From positions 1 through 32,690 of the forward strand of contig CAZVMI010000004.1 in assembly GCA_964628365.1 (NCBI GenBank): a DNA stretch of 32,690 bases. Direction: 5' to 3'. A program made the translations under genes and the position numbers. The notes beneath the pieces were generated by a model. The model worked only from the letters and a program-made list of their open reading frames with translations. It had not been told where the DNA came from and did no database searches. Below, one piece after another: positions 1 through 8,616 of the stretch (position 1 is the first letter of the stretch; each line of letters opens with the position of its first letter). Source of the stretch: an uncultured Candidatus Bathyarchaeia archaeon (GTDB taxonomy: Archaea; Thermoproteota; Bathyarchaeia; TCS64).

Positions 1-1
1 A

Positions 2-1084
2 GGCTGCGATATAGACGAGGCAAAGCTCGAAGCCGCGAAGAAGTATGTCGACAATCCTAAGTTCGGGACCCTCAAGGTCAGCGCGACCGACCACAATGCG
101 CTCGTCAAAGCGTTGAAGGGCTTTGACGCCGTGGTTAATTGCACCGCAGCGAAGTTCAGCCTCTCAATCCTCAATGCGGCGATGGAGGCGAAGGTTAACC
201 TACTGGACCTCGCCGGCGGGGGCTACCCCCACGAAGGAGGCATATACGATAGGGCTGAGGAGGCGGGGATAACCGTCATCCCTGGCTGCGGTGTAGACCC
301 AGGCCTCGTCGACATGCTAGCGGGGCAGGCGATAGAGATGATGGACGAGGTCGAGGAGGTCTACTTCGCATGCGGTGGTCTCCCCAAGGACCCTGAACCC
401 CCGCTTGACTACAAGATAGTCTTCGGCGGCACCAAGATGCCCATCAGGCCTGGAAAAGTCCCCATGATAGCAGATGGTAAGCAGGTAATGGTCGACAGGT
501 ACGATGACGTCGAGTCGATCTTCGTCGAGGGGCTCAAGGACATGGAGGCTTTCTACGACGGCTACCCCTCCTCGTTGCTGAAGCTCTGCCTCGAGAAGGG
601 CGTCAAGACCTTCAAGGGGAAGACCGTGAGGTACGAGGGATACGTCGACAAGCTCATGTTCCTAAAGGACCTCGGCGTCATCGGCGAGAGGCCGGTGAGC
701 TTCCAAGGCGTGGAGATCGTGCCAGTGGACTTCTTCCAGGAGCTGATATATCCCTTGGTCAAATTCGACGAGTCGAGGGGAGACAGAGACATAACGATCC
801 TCCTAGTCAGGGTCAACGGGAAGAAGGACGGCTCCGACATCCAGATCAACTACGACCTGGTCGACTTCTACGAAGAGGAGAAGAAGATAACCTCCATGGC
901 GAAGACGACCGGGTACACGGCCGCCATCATCGCTCGCATCCTAGCGAGGGGGGATATACCCCAGAGAGGCATACAGTGGCCGGTGAGAGTGATCAGGGGT
1001 CAACTCTTCGATGAACTCCTCCGAAGCCTGAGAGCCCGCGGCGTAGAGGTAACCGAAACCGTGACGACGACAAGGAAGACCTAG
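2..1084 (+). CDS. saccharopine dehydrogenase family NAD(P) oxidoreductase, 5-prime end cut by window edge
   Basis: The frame is open from base 2 (GCDIDEAKLEAAKKYV...), so the TTG at 113 in the ORF track is internal. Sacchrp_dh-like motifs are present: ITVIPGCGVDPGLVDMLA, LDYKIVFGG, EAFYDGYPSS. Stop TAG at 1082-1084. Confidence 0.7.
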   Translation, partial: GCDIDEAKLEAAKKYVDNPKFGTLKVSATDHNALVKALKGFDAVVNCTAAKFSLSILNAAMEAKVNLLDLAGGGYPHEGGIYDRAEEAGITVIPGCGVDPGLVDMLAGQAIEMMDEVEEVYFACGGLPKDPEPPLDYKIVFGGTKMPIRPGKVPMIADGKQVMVDRYDDVESIFVEGLKDMEAFYDGYPSSLLKLCLEKGVKTFKGKTVRYEGYVDKLMFLKDLGVIGERPVSFQGVEIVPVDFFQELIYPLVKFDESRGDRDITILLVRVNGKKDGSDIQINYDLVDFYEEEKKITSMAKTTGYTAAIIARILARGDIPQRGIQWPVRVIRGQLFDELLRSLRARGVEVTETVTTTRKT

Positions 1085-1095
1085 CCTCTGAACCA

Positions 1096-1302
1096 TCAAC
1101 CGTGGACCTGACCTGCCTTCTTTTTCCTAGAAACATACACGTAGATGACAATAGACGCCACGGTGGTCATGTGGAACACGCAGAACTCGAAGACGGGGTT
1201 GAGGAACATGAAATAGGCTCTCTGAATTACGAAGACGGCGACTGAAATTGTAAGGAGAACCAAGACGGTCCTCTTCCAAGACTCCTCGTCGCTTAAGTCC
1301 AA
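1096..1302 (-). CDS. small hypothetical membrane protein (two hydrophobic helices)
   Basis: 68-codon ORF with a TTG start, 37 nt downstream of rpoK on the same strand. Two hydrophobic stretches (VLVLLTISVAVFVI, VASIVIYVYV) and a basic C-terminus. No family recognised. Confidence 0.3.
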   Translation of the reverse strand: MDLSDEESWKRTVLVLLTISVAVFVIQRAYFMFLNPVFEFCVFHMTTVASIVIYVYVSRKKKAGQVHG

Positions 1303-1339
1303 CTTGATCCTTCTAGCTCACTTGGGAAGAAAAAGCGTT

Positions 1340-1597
1340 CTATTTCTCCTTGGGGGGTACAAGGTCGAAAAGTGCTATGTCTTGATGACTCCCATCCGGA
1401 AGGGTCCTCCTGATGGTCATCGGGAGCACCCCCTCCTTAAGCTCAGCCAACGCAATATCGATGGGATCGCTAATGCGCTGTGGCAGCTCCATTAGCATGG
1501 GTGCGCCGAACGAGAGCTGAAGAGCCCTCGCCCCCGCGATCCTCGCCCTCTCGAAGCGCGTCAGCTTCAGAGGCCCAATCTGGACATTATTAGACAA
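1340..1597 (-). CDS. rpoK: DNA-directed RNA polymerase subunit K (Rpo6/omega-like)
   Basis: [22 protein letters not shown] is the conserved Rpo6/RpoK core. Size of 85 aa fits. TTG start. Confidence 0.88.
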   Translation of the reverse strand: MSNNVQIGPLKLTRFERARIAGARALQLSFGAPMLMELPQRISDPIDIALAELKEGVLPMTIRRTLPDGSHQDIALFDLVPPKEK

Positions 1598-1623
1598 ACA
1601 GACCCTTCAAACCTTCATTCCAA

Positions 1624-3291
1624 CTACATCATCGGGGGCATGCCACCCGGCATGCCTCCTGGCATCCCGCCCTCCATGCCTCCGGGGCCACCTGCCGGTG
1701 CCTTGCTCTTAGATGAGGCTATCACGTCGTCGATCTTTAGAAGCATCGTCGCCGCCTCTGTCGCTGATTTGACCATCTGTGCCTTTACTGAGGTTGGCTC
1801 GTAGACGTTGATCTCCTCCATGTCAGAGACCTTGCCCTCCAAGCCGTTCAGGCCGACCCACTTCTCTCCTTGAGCGTGCCTCGATTGCATCTCGGACATG
1901 GCGTCTATGGGGTCCATGCCTGCGTTTTCGGCTAACGTCGTCGGGATCACCTCGATGGCATCGGCGAATGCTGAGACGGCGAGCCTCTCCCTGCCGACGA
2001 GCTTCTCGGCGTAGTCCTTGAGCTTCCTCGCTACCTCGATCTCTGGGGCGCCTCCACCTGCGACGATCTTCGGGTCCTCGACGACATCCTTGATCACAGA
2101 GAGCGCGTCGTGGAGGCTCCTCTCGGCTTCATCCACGATTCTCTCAGTTCCTCCACGGATGAGGACGCTGACCGCCTTGGGGTTCTTGCAGCCCTCAATG
2201 AACGTGAGCTTATTGTCGCCAATCTTCTTCTCCTCTACTGTTTCTGCGTAGCCGATGTCTGCTGATGAGAGCTCGTCTACGCTGTTCACCACCTTGGCGC
2301 CTGTGGCTTTGGCTAGCGCCTCCATGTCACTCTTCTTGAGCCTCCTGGCGGCTAGGATGCCCTCGCGGGCTAGGAAGTGCTGGACCATGTCGTCTATACC
2401 CTTCTGGCAGAATAGGACATTGACTCCCGCGGCCTTCACCTTCTTTACCATGTCGCGGAGCATGTTCTCCTCCTGATCAAGGTAGGCCTGCATCTGCTCG
2501 GGGGTCTCTATCGAGATCTTTGAATCGAACTCTGTCTTCTCGATCTCGAGCGCAGCGTCGATCAGCCCTATCTTAGCGTTCTTGACGACCTTAGGCATGT
2601 CGCTGTGGATAACCTCCTTGTCGATGACTAGGCCCCTGATTAGTGCCGTGTCTGTGAGGCTCCCGCCGGGCTTCTTCTCGATCTTGATCATGTCGAGGTC
2701 GACCTCGAAGCCTCCACTCGTCTCCTCGGCAACCTGAAGGATGGAGTCTACCGCGATGTCAGAGAGGTGGTCGCTGTACCTTGAGACTAGCTTACTCGCC
2801 ATCGAGGTCATGGCGATCTTCTTCAGCACTTTCTTATCCTTTGGTTTGACCTTGATAGAGACTTCGTCGAGGATCTTCAGCGCCTCCTCCTGAGCCTGCC
2901 TATAGCCGTCTATGATAACAGTCGGATGGATCTTCTTGTCCATGAGATCAGCGGCTTTACCCAGCAGCTCGCCGGTCAATACGACGACACTCGTAGTACC
3001 GTCGCCGACCTCGTCGTCCTGGGTCTTTGAAACCTCAACCATCATCTTCGCCGCAGGATGCTGAACGTCCATCTCCTTCAGCATCGTGGCGCCGTCGTTT
3101 GTGATTGTGACGTCGCCGAAGCTGTCGACCAGCATCTTGTCCATCCCCTTTGGGCCAAGGCTCGTCTTGACGGCCTCCGAGACGATGCGTGCGGCCATGA
3201 TGTTGGAGTTCCTCGCGTCGCTTCCACGGCTCCGCTCTGTTCCCTCCTTGAGAATGATGATGGGCTGGCCTGACATGTCAGGTGAACTCAA
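1624..3291 (-). CDS. ths: thermosome subunit (group II chaperonin)
   Basis: Motifs [26 protein letters not shown] and VAGGGAPE, with a C-terminal GGM repeat tail ([19 protein letters not shown]). The TTG at 3291 has GAGGTG about 10 nt upstream. An alternative ATG at 3276 gives [12 protein letters not shown]. Confidence 0.95.
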   Translation of the reverse strand: MSSPDMSGQPIIILKEGTERSRGSDARNSNIMAARIVSEAVKTSLGPKGMDKMLVDSFGDVTITNDGATMLKEMDVQHPAAKMMVEVSKTQDDEVGDGTTSVVVLTGELLGKAADLMDKKIHPTVIIDGYRQAQEEALKILDEVSIKVKPKDKKVLKKIAMTSMASKLVSRYSDHLSDIAVDSILQVAEETSGGFEVDLDMIKIEKKPGGSLTDTALIRGLVIDKEVIHSDMPKVVKNAKIGLIDAALEIEKTEFDSKISIETPEQMQAYLDQEENMLRDMVKKVKAAGVNVLFCQKGIDDMVQHFLAREGILAARRLKKSDMEALAKATGAKVVNSVDELSSADIGYAETVEEKKIGDNKLTFIEGCKNPKAVSVLIRGGTERIVDEAERSLHDALSVIKDVVEDPKIVAGGGAPEIEVARKLKDYAEKLVGRERLAVSAFADAIEVIPTTLAENAGMDPIDAMSEMQSRHAQGEKWVGLNGLEGKVSDMEEINVYEPTSVKAQMVKSATEAATMLLKIDDVIASSKSKAPAGGPGGMEGGMPGGMPGGMPPMM

Positions 3292-3336
3292 GCTGCATAT
3301 ACACCTCGAAGCTATTAGCCAAACCAGACGCTGTGC

Positions 3337-3357
3337 ATATAAATATTTTCTTTTAAA
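3337..3357 (-). promoter_or_regulatory. candidate TATA/BRE region for the thermosome gene
   Basis: The minus strand reads TTTAAAAGAAAATATTTATAT, 45-65 nt upstream of the thermosome start. It is the only strongly AT-rich block in this spacer. Confidence 0.35.
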
Positions 3358-3377
3358 GCCATTATTTTCGATAGACG

Positions 3378-3417
3378 AATAAAAAACGTATTTACGGTGA
3401 AACGTGAGATAAAAAAA
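3378..3417 (-). terminator. oligo-T tracts downstream of the FAH-family gene
   Basis: The minus strand carries TTTTTTT (3411-3417) and GTTTTTTATT (3378-3387) just after the stop at 3441-3443. Archaeal termination typically uses T-runs. Confidence 0.35.
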
Positions 3418-3440
3418 GCTTCTCTTGCCTTATGCGTCCT

Positions 3441-4376
3441 TTATTTTTCGGCCACTACCCTGTTTTTTAATGAACCGACCTTCTGTATCCAAGCCTCGAC
3501 CTCGTCGCCGACCTTGAGCAGCCCCTTTGGATGTGCTGAGCCGACACCCGATGGGGTACCTGTGGCGAAGATATCGCCGATCTCAAGGGTTATACCGGCC
3601 GAGAGGGTGCTCATGATCTTCTTGATGCTGAAGATCATGTGCTTTGTGTTCGACTTCTGTCTCTCCTCGCCGTTCACCTTGAGCCACATGTCGAGATTCT
3701 GGGGATCTCCCACCTCGTCTGATGTGACTATGTATGGACCCATGGGCGCGAAGGTGTCGAGGCTCTTACCCCTGTACCACTGTTGGTGCGCCCTCTGGAG
3801 GTCGCGTGCAGAGATGTCGTTGAAGACGGTGTAGCCGGCGATGTGGTCGTAGGCCTTCTCCTCTGGGATGTACTTCCCGGCCTTGCCTATCACGAAGGCA
3901 AGCTCGAGCTCGTAGTCGAGCTTCTCGGTCACCCTCGGGTAGATGATATCGTCGGATGGGCCGACGACGGCGGTGGCTGGCTTGGTGAAGAATATGGGGA
4001 CTGATGGCAAGTCCCTTGGTGGTTCGTTTCTCGCCTTCGACCCCTCATGAACGTGGTCCGCATAGTTGAGCCCAAGGCAGACTATGTTCTTCCTCGGCCT
4101 AGGAATCGGGGAGGCGACCTTGATCTTGCTGAGCTTAAAGAGAGCCGACGCCTCGTCAACTTCCTTCATTGCCTTTTTCGCCTCGGCGAGGCCCTTAGCG
4201 CCGAGGTCTAAGAACGAGAGCATGTCGAGACAAGGTGTCTCCTCCCCCTTGAAGGAACCTCCTAGGTGCTCCTCGAAGGCAGCGTTGAGATCGAGGACCT
4301 GATCCTTAACCAAGACCCCCAAGCCGTACTCCTTGCCTTTTTTAAAAGTCATAAGCTTCATAGCGATCTCTATCAT
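3441..4376 (-). CDS. fumarylacetoacetate hydrolase (FAH) family protein
   Basis: FAH-fold signatures: VCLGLNYADH, ELELAFVIGK, DISARDLQ, GDIFATGTPSGVG. Confidence 0.85.
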   Translation of the reverse strand: MIEIAMKLMTFKKGKEYGLGVLVKDQVLDLNAAFEEHLGGSFKGEETPCLDMLSFLDLGAKGLAEAKKAMKEVDEASALFKLSKIKVASPIPRPRKNIVCLGLNYADHVHEGSKARNEPPRDLPSVPIFFTKPATAVVGPSDDIIYPRVTEKLDYELELAFVIGKAGKYIPEEKAYDHIAGYTVFNDISARDLQRAHQQWYRGKSLDTFAPMGPYIVTSDEVGDPQNLDMWLKVNGEERQKSNTKHMIFSIKKIMSTLSAGITLEIGDIFATGTPSGVGSAHPKGLLKVGDEVEAWIQKVGSLKNRVVAEK

Positions 4377-4430
4377 GAGACGTGAAACCGCTTTTAACGT
4401 TATTCATAAAAGGAATAAGGTGCGAGGTGA

Positions 4431-4844
4431 TTGGTGAGAGTCATGGGACAAGACTTCTTAGCTAAAACTCACCTCAAGGCCTCCCCGGCCCTGCTTGGGA
4501 GGCCAGTCCTTATCGAGGACGACTCAAGGGCTATGGTCGAGCTCGTAACAACTAAGGATATGGTGGTCGACGACGAGGGCTTAGTGCACGGAGGCTTCAC
4601 CTTTGGGCTCGCTGACTACACGGCGATGCTGGCTGTCAACCACCCCTACGTCGTGATAGGCAGCGCGGACGTCAGGTTCACCGCGCCGGCAAGGCTTGGG
4701 GAGACGATGAAAGCGACGGCGACGGTCGAGAGGCGGGGTGGTAGACACAGGGAGGTAGCGGTAGAGGTGCAGGTGGATGGCAAGCAAATTTTTAAGGGCG
4801 CAATGAACTGCTACATCCTCGACAGGCATGTCCTAGTCCGTTGA
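4431..4844 (+). CDS. PaaI/hotdog-fold thioesterase
   Basis: GLVHGGFTFGLADYTAMLAVN is typical of PaaI/4HBT hotdog thioesterases. Size is about 135 aa. The start is ambiguous (TTG 4431, GTG 4434 or ATG 4443), with GAGGTGA just upstream. Confidence 0.7.
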   Translation: MVRVMGQDFLAKTHLKASPALLGRPVLIEDDSRAMVELVTTKDMVVDDEGLVHGGFTFGLADYTAMLAVNHPYVVIGSADVRFTAPARLGETMKATATVERRGGRHREVAVEVQVDGKQIFKGAMNCYILDRHVLVR

Positions 4845-4891
4845 TAGGGAGCTGGAAAGGTTTACTATCAATATTAATTGAGGCCAAAGTC

Positions 4892-4910
4892 TTTTATTTT
4901 TTAATGTTTT
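4892..4910 (+). terminator. T-rich tract after the thioesterase gene
   Basis: TTTTATTTTTTAATGTTTT lies about 50 nt after the stop. It may also serve as promoter AT-tract for the next gene. Confidence 0.3.
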
Positions 4911-4938
4911 GAATACGGAGGTTTCAAGGTGAAAGCGT

Positions 4939-5334
4939 TTGCCGGTGGTAGTCGACCCTGCTAAGGAAGGTTTTGAGAAGGTACTCATGGATTATCAGAT
5001 AGAGGCTCTGAATTCTGTCTGGGGCAACCCGAGTAAGGGCGTAACTTCACGCGATGTCTTCCAGGCTGTGAACGAGTCGCTGGAAGGCGTCAAGACTGTC
5101 TCAAGGGCTTCGATAATAAATTTCCTCAACGAGATGTGCGACGACAAGGTCCTCAACTACGAGGAGGAGACGTGCAAGGGAGGTCTGAGGCGGAAGTATT
5201 ACCCCAACCTCAACGAGAAGGGCTTTAAGAAATATATAGTCAAGGTTGTATTCGAGAGCCTCGTGAAGGACTTCCCGGAGCAGACGATGGAGGTCCTCAA
5301 GGAATCCCTCGATAAAAGCACCGAGAAAAAATAA
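4939..5334 (+). CDS. hypothetical winged-helix DNA-binding protein (BlaI/CopY-like layout)
   Basis: The pattern YQIEALNSVWGNPSKGVTSRDVFQAVNE...VSRASIINFLNEMCDDKVL...RRKYYP resembles penicillinase-repressor-type wHTH proteins. Start uncertain: TTG 4939 or ATG 4987. Confidence 0.4.
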   Translation: MPVVVDPAKEGFEKVLMDYQIEALNSVWGNPSKGVTSRDVFQAVNESLEGVKTVSRASIINFLNEMCDDKVLNYEEETCKGGLRRKYYPNLNEKGFKKYIVKVVFESLVKDFPEQTMEVLKESLDKSTEKK

Positions 5335-5409
5335 GTCGAGTAATCCTTTACCTAGGCCTCATCCGTGACCATCCGGTCCAAAGCTTGTTTAGTACCCTCC
5401 CTCTAGTAA

Positions 5410-5634
5410 ATGGAGAGCTCGATGAGGATAGAGGTAGAGGTCAAGGCAAGCTCCAGGGTCGATGAAGTACTCAAGGTTGACGAGAAACACTACATCGTTA
5501 AAGTATCAGCCCCAAGGCGGAAAGGCAAGGCGAATGCCGCCCTCCTCAAGCTCCTGAGGAAACACTTCGGGAGACCAGCCATCATAGTCAGCGGCTTTAC
5601 CTCAACGACGAAAATCATCGAGGTCGAGGAATAA
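5410..5634 (+). CDS. DUF167 (YggU-like) family protein
   Basis: 74 aa. VKASSRVDEV...VKVSAPRRKGKANAALLKLLRKHFG matches the DUF167 consensus (ApP.dGkAN.al...La). Confidence 0.7.
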   Translation: MESSMRIEVEVKASSRVDEVLKVDEKHYIVKVSAPRRKGKANAALLKLLRKHFGRPAIIVSGFTSTTKIIEVEE

Positions 5635-5703
5635 TCCTCAACCGTAATGTGGAGGATAAAAAGGCATTAAGCGTCGATCGGGGCTTTTGTAACTTGAGCC
5701 GAG

Positions 5704-6342
5704 ATGGTAGAGGTCTTAAAAGGGGTCAGAGTCGTCGAGGTTGCTAAGGCCGACGGTCTCGACACCGAGGTCTACGTCCTCGAGTGTGAGGGTGGGCTCA
5801 TCCTCATTGATGTGGGGTTCACGCCGACATGTAAGGATAACATCAAGGCTGAACTCGACGACATGAGAAAGGGCTGGGAGGACATTAAGCTCATCCTGAT
5901 AACACACGCTCATGGCGACCACATAGACAACCTCGTGGAGGTGAAGGAGCTGACAGGCGCCGAGGTGATGCTCGGCGAAGGAGACATTGATAGCCTAAAG
6001 GAGCAGACAGGCGTCGAAGCGGACATGGGACTCGAGGACGGCGATGTCATCGACGCTTGCGGCGGCATCGAAGTGATCCACGTGCCGGGACACTCGAAAG
6101 GAAACCTCTGCTTCTACCTCAGGAGGCACAGGCTCATCATTGCAGGAGATACGATATTCGGTGACCGGCATAGGAACCTCTACGCGCCCCCTGAAAAGTA
6201 CTGTGAGGATGTTGAGTTGGCGGCGGAGGGGATAAAGAAGCTTCTGAACTATGACTTCAACAAGCTCCTCCTAAGCCACGGAAAGAGCCTGATGAGGGGC
6301 GCAAAAAAGAGGGTAGAGGATCTAGTTGCCGAGTGCGCCTAA
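5704..6342 (+). CDS. MBL-fold metallo-hydrolase
   Basis: THAHGDHID metal-binding motif, HVPGHSKG and a later SHG, as in the glyoxalase II-like beta-lactamase fold. Confidence 0.8.
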   Translation: MVEVLKGVRVVEVAKADGLDTEVYVLECEGGLILIDVGFTPTCKDNIKAELDDMRKGWEDIKLILITHAHGDHIDNLVEVKELTGAEVMLGEGDIDSLKEQTGVEADMGLEDGDVIDACGGIEVIHVPGHSKGNLCFYLRRHRLIIAGDTIFGDRHRNLYAPPEKYCEDVELAAEGIKKLLNYDFNKLLLSHGKSLMRGAKKRVEDLVAECA

Positions 6343-6647
6343 CCCAGCTTCGCTATAACCTCTCTCACAACCCTGCCAGGCTCGAGGCCGAGTGCCTTCG
6401 CCTTCGTCGTCGACGCCTTGATCTGGGCGTTTAGAACATCATCGAATGTCTTCACGCCGCTGACGACTGCGGCCGCAGCGCCGAGCTTCTCGGCTGCTTC
6501 GATGTTCAGGTACCCACACATAACAAAGCCCTTGCCCCCCTTAATGAGTAGCAGCGGAGGCAGGTCTGGGAGAGTAGACTTTAAAGCGTGGAAGGCTTTC
6601 CCCTCAACCTCGATCTTCTCGATCTCGAACAACTTGAGTCGGATCAA
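6339..6647 (-). CDS. DUF1805 (YunC-like) family protein
   Basis: GKGFVMCGYLNIEAAEKLGAAAAVVSGVKTFDDVL matches the DUF1805 core (kGyvmCGyLn...AA.VtGV.t.e.ml). Confidence 0.7.
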   Translation of the reverse strand: MIRLKLFEIEKIEVEGKAFHALKSTLPDLPPLLLIKGGKGFVMCGYLNIEAAEKLGAAAAVVSGVKTFDDVLNAQIKASTTKAKALGLEPGRVVREVIAKLG

Positions 6648-6726
6648 GATGCATGAAGATCGGATTTAATCCCTTCGAGGTATTGTTAAGGGATATGCCT
6701 GTTTTAGCTATGAAGGCTAACGGTGG

Positions 6727-6918
6727 CTACTCGTCAGTCTTCGACTTGAAGATTGTGAAGCCGCAGTTTCCGCATGTGAACCTGTTTCCGTGATCCGCCA
6801 TGAAATAGCCTCTACCACACCTGTTACAAAATGGCCTCTTCCGTTCCAACTTCCCGTCTTTAATTTCGTACTTCTTCGATACGGAGTCAGCGAGCTTGGC
6901 CTTCTTTTTCTCGGACAT
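6727..6918 (-). CDS. rps27ae: 30S ribosomal protein S27ae (eS31)
   Basis: 63 aa with zinc ribbon [23 protein letters not shown]. Directly follows eS24, which is the conserved archaeal arrangement. Confidence 0.9.
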   Translation of the reverse strand: MSEKKKAKLADSVSKKYEIKDGKLERKRPFCNRCGRGYFMADHGNRFTCGNCGFTIFKSKTDE

Positions 6919-7256
6919 TAAGCATCAGCTTCCTTCAACTTCTCCTCGGGCTTCGGCGTCTCCTCCGCCTTCTCCGCCTCCTCAGTCGGATTGTTCCTGG
7001 CGACTATGTACTTCGGCTCTACCTTGAGGGCCATTGCAGCGTCGCTATAAACGTGGGCTACGCCGGTGGTCACCCTTGTGCCTGATGTTGGGGTCAGGCT
7101 CCTAATGTAGACCTTGTCGACGTCTGTCCTCATCGCGACGGCAATCTCTCTCCTTACATCTGCCCTGCCGGGGGTTGATGGCTCCTCTACCTTGAAGGCA
7201 AGCTCCTTCCTACCCATGATAGGGTTGTTCTTTGTCGATGTCAGTTCGAGTTTCAT
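6918..7256 (-). CDS. rps24e: 30S ribosomal protein S24e (eS24)
   Basis: [15 protein letters not shown]...[12 protein letters not shown]...YIRSL...GVAHVYSD is typical eS24. Its stop overlaps the eS31 start at 6918. Confidence 0.9.
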   Translation of the reverse strand: MKLELTSTKNNPIMGRKELAFKVEEPSTPGRADVRREIAVAMRTDVDKVYIRSLTPTSGTRVTTGVAHVYSDAAMALKVEPKYIVARNNPTEEAEKAEETPKPEEKLKEADA

Positions 7257-7747
7257 GACGACTTCTCCTGCATCCTGTCCATGAAGCCTCTGGCCCAGCT
7301 ACGCCGCTCCTCTGTGACGGTCACGACGACCAGCCCTTCCAGGGGCTGACCGTAAACTATCACCGACCCTGTTGGCATGGAAACCATCAGGGGTAGGACC
7401 AGGAGGTCCTCTTCACCTTCAACGACTACCGCCAGCTTCCTTTTAAGCGTTATCGCCTCTTCGAGGACGCGCCAGGCCCCCTCCTGGATGGTTCCCGCGG
7501 GGTTGACGACCGTCACCTGACTCAAGCCGTGGACTACGGGGTCCACGTTCACCCTCATGATCCTATGATCCACGACCAAGAGATCCGGCTCTAGACCCGC
7601 GGCCAACACATTGCCCGAGACGTAGTCCCCCACGGAGGCGAATAGAGGAGGTCTACACTTAGACAACAATTTCGTCAGCTCCCTGACCGTCTCGGCGGGC
7701 TCACCCTTCAATAGAAGCCCAAGCGGCGTCTTTAGCTCAGTTCTCAT
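7253..7747 (-). CDS. DUF359/COG1909 protein, GTP-dependent dephospho-CoA kinase family
   Basis: SVGDYVSGNVL and VVDHRIMR motifs, with conserved position between spt4 and eS24. The family was assigned as archaeal dephospho-CoA kinase in Thermococcus kodakarensis (TK1697). Confidence 0.7.
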   Translation of the reverse strand: MRTELKTPLGLLLKGEPAETVRELTKLLSKCRPPLFASVGDYVSGNVLAAGLEPDLLVVDHRIMRVNVDPVVHGLSQVTVVNPAGTIQEGAWRVLEEAITLKRKLAVVVEGEEDLLVLPLMVSMPTGSVIVYGQPLEGLVVVTVTEERRSWARGFMDRMQEKSS

Positions 7748-7805
7748 CGTCTCGGGGAGTATGAGGGTCCTAGTGGCGTCCCCCGGTATTAGGCGCTCCG
7801 CCTTT

Positions 7806-7991
7806 CTACCTGATCTTGAGGGCGTACTGCCCCGCCTCTTTAATCGCCATCTTCGCCGCTATCTGAGACTTCTCAGGGTCGAGGATGATTACAAAGCCGA
7901 GGAAATCCTCGCTCAGCTCGGAGCTCTTACAGACGGGGCAGACATTATCCTCGGTTATGACCTTACAGCTTCTACAGGCCTTCTTCGGCAC
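7806..7991 (-). CDS. spt4: transcription elongation factor Spt4 (RpoE'')
   Basis: 61 aa with zinc ribbon CRSCKVITEDNVCPVCKS followed by GFVIILDPEKSQIA. Overlaps the rpoE' stop. Confidence 0.9.
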   Translation of the reverse strand: MPKKACRSCKVITEDNVCPVCKSSELSEDFLGFVIILDPEKSQIAAKMAIKEAGQYALKIR

Positions 7992-8563
7992 TACTTCTTC
8001 GCCTCCGGTGGGGCCTCCATCTCCTTCACCTCTTCATTGATCCATTCGAGCTTGCCGAGCATCGGCTGCCGTGCCGTGACGCCTATCTTACCGGAGCTCC
8101 TGCCCTTCGGGAAGCTCACCGCGACTATGCGGACTCGGAACACGTCATTCCTCTGTATGGTCCGACCCGTCTCCTTACCGAGGAGGATGCCCTGCCTCTC
8201 GTCGAAAGAGATAAAGTCATCCATGAGCTGGGAGACATGCAGTAGCGCGTCAACAGGCCCTATCCTGAGGAACGTGCCGAAGTCGGCGACCTCGACCACC
8301 TCGCCCTCCACGATCTCCTGGAGCCCAGGGAAGAATGTCAGTATGCTGAAGGTTACGGGATGGTGGGTACCACCGTCTCCTGCAATTATCCTCCCGAATG
8401 GGTTGACGTCGATGTCGATGACGCTGATGACGTAGCCGAACTCCTCGTCCACCAGCCCCTCATATTTGCTCTTGAGGGCCTCGTACGCTGCCGCCTTCAG
8501 CGGCTTCCCGAAGTTGGCAGGGCCAATCCTGATCGTGTCCTTGAGGGTGATGAGGTTGAACAT
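7991..8563 (-). CDS. rpoE: DNA-directed RNA polymerase subunit E' (Rpo7)
   Basis: N-terminal Rpo7 domain (MFNLITLKDTIRIGP...) and C-terminal S1/OB domain (GEVVEVADFGTFLRIGPVDALLHVSQL). Confidence 0.9.
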   Translation of the reverse strand: MFNLITLKDTIRIGPANFGKPLKAAAYEALKSKYEGLVDEEFGYVISVIDIDVNPFGRIIAGDGGTHHPVTFSILTFFPGLQEIVEGEVVEVADFGTFLRIGPVDALLHVSQLMDDFISFDERQGILLGKETGRTIQRNDVFRVRIVAVSFPKGRSSGKIGVTARQPMLGKLEWINEEVKEMEAPPEAKK

Positions 8564-8616
8564 CGTTCCGCCTCAACTAGACTCAGATGGGGTGATAAAA
8601 ACGTTGTTGAAGGCGC

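Noticed and set aside
1304-1495. 63-codon plus-strand ORF overlapping rpoK
   Set aside because: The opposite strand encodes the conserved Rpo6/RpoK core ([16 protein letters not shown]). The plus-strand ORF has no support.
1624-1690. Tandem-looking GGCATGCC/GGM-coding repeats at the 3-prime end of the thermosome gene
   Set aside because: They encode the well-known C-terminal GGM repeat tail of chaperonins. This is not a DNA-level repeat element or CRISPR-like array.
3397-3834. 145-codon plus-strand ORF overlapping the FAH-family gene
   Set aside because: It is antisense to a gene with clear FAH motifs. It begins in the AT-rich terminator region and has no ribosome-binding or promoter logic.
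6669-6694. 7-bp inverted repeat ATCCCTT-N12-AAGGGAT between the eS31 stop and the DUF1805 start
   Set aside because: The repeat is short, has no adjacent T-run and is compatible with chance in a 79-nt spacer. It may be a weak terminator or operator but does not merit a separate claim.
7761-8435. 224-codon plus-strand ORF antisense to spt4 and rpoE'
   Set aside because: It lies entirely opposite two well-supported conserved genes. The translation is low-complexity and Ser/Leu/Arg/Pro-rich with no recognisable motif. Long antisense ORFs are expected in GC-rich coding DNA.
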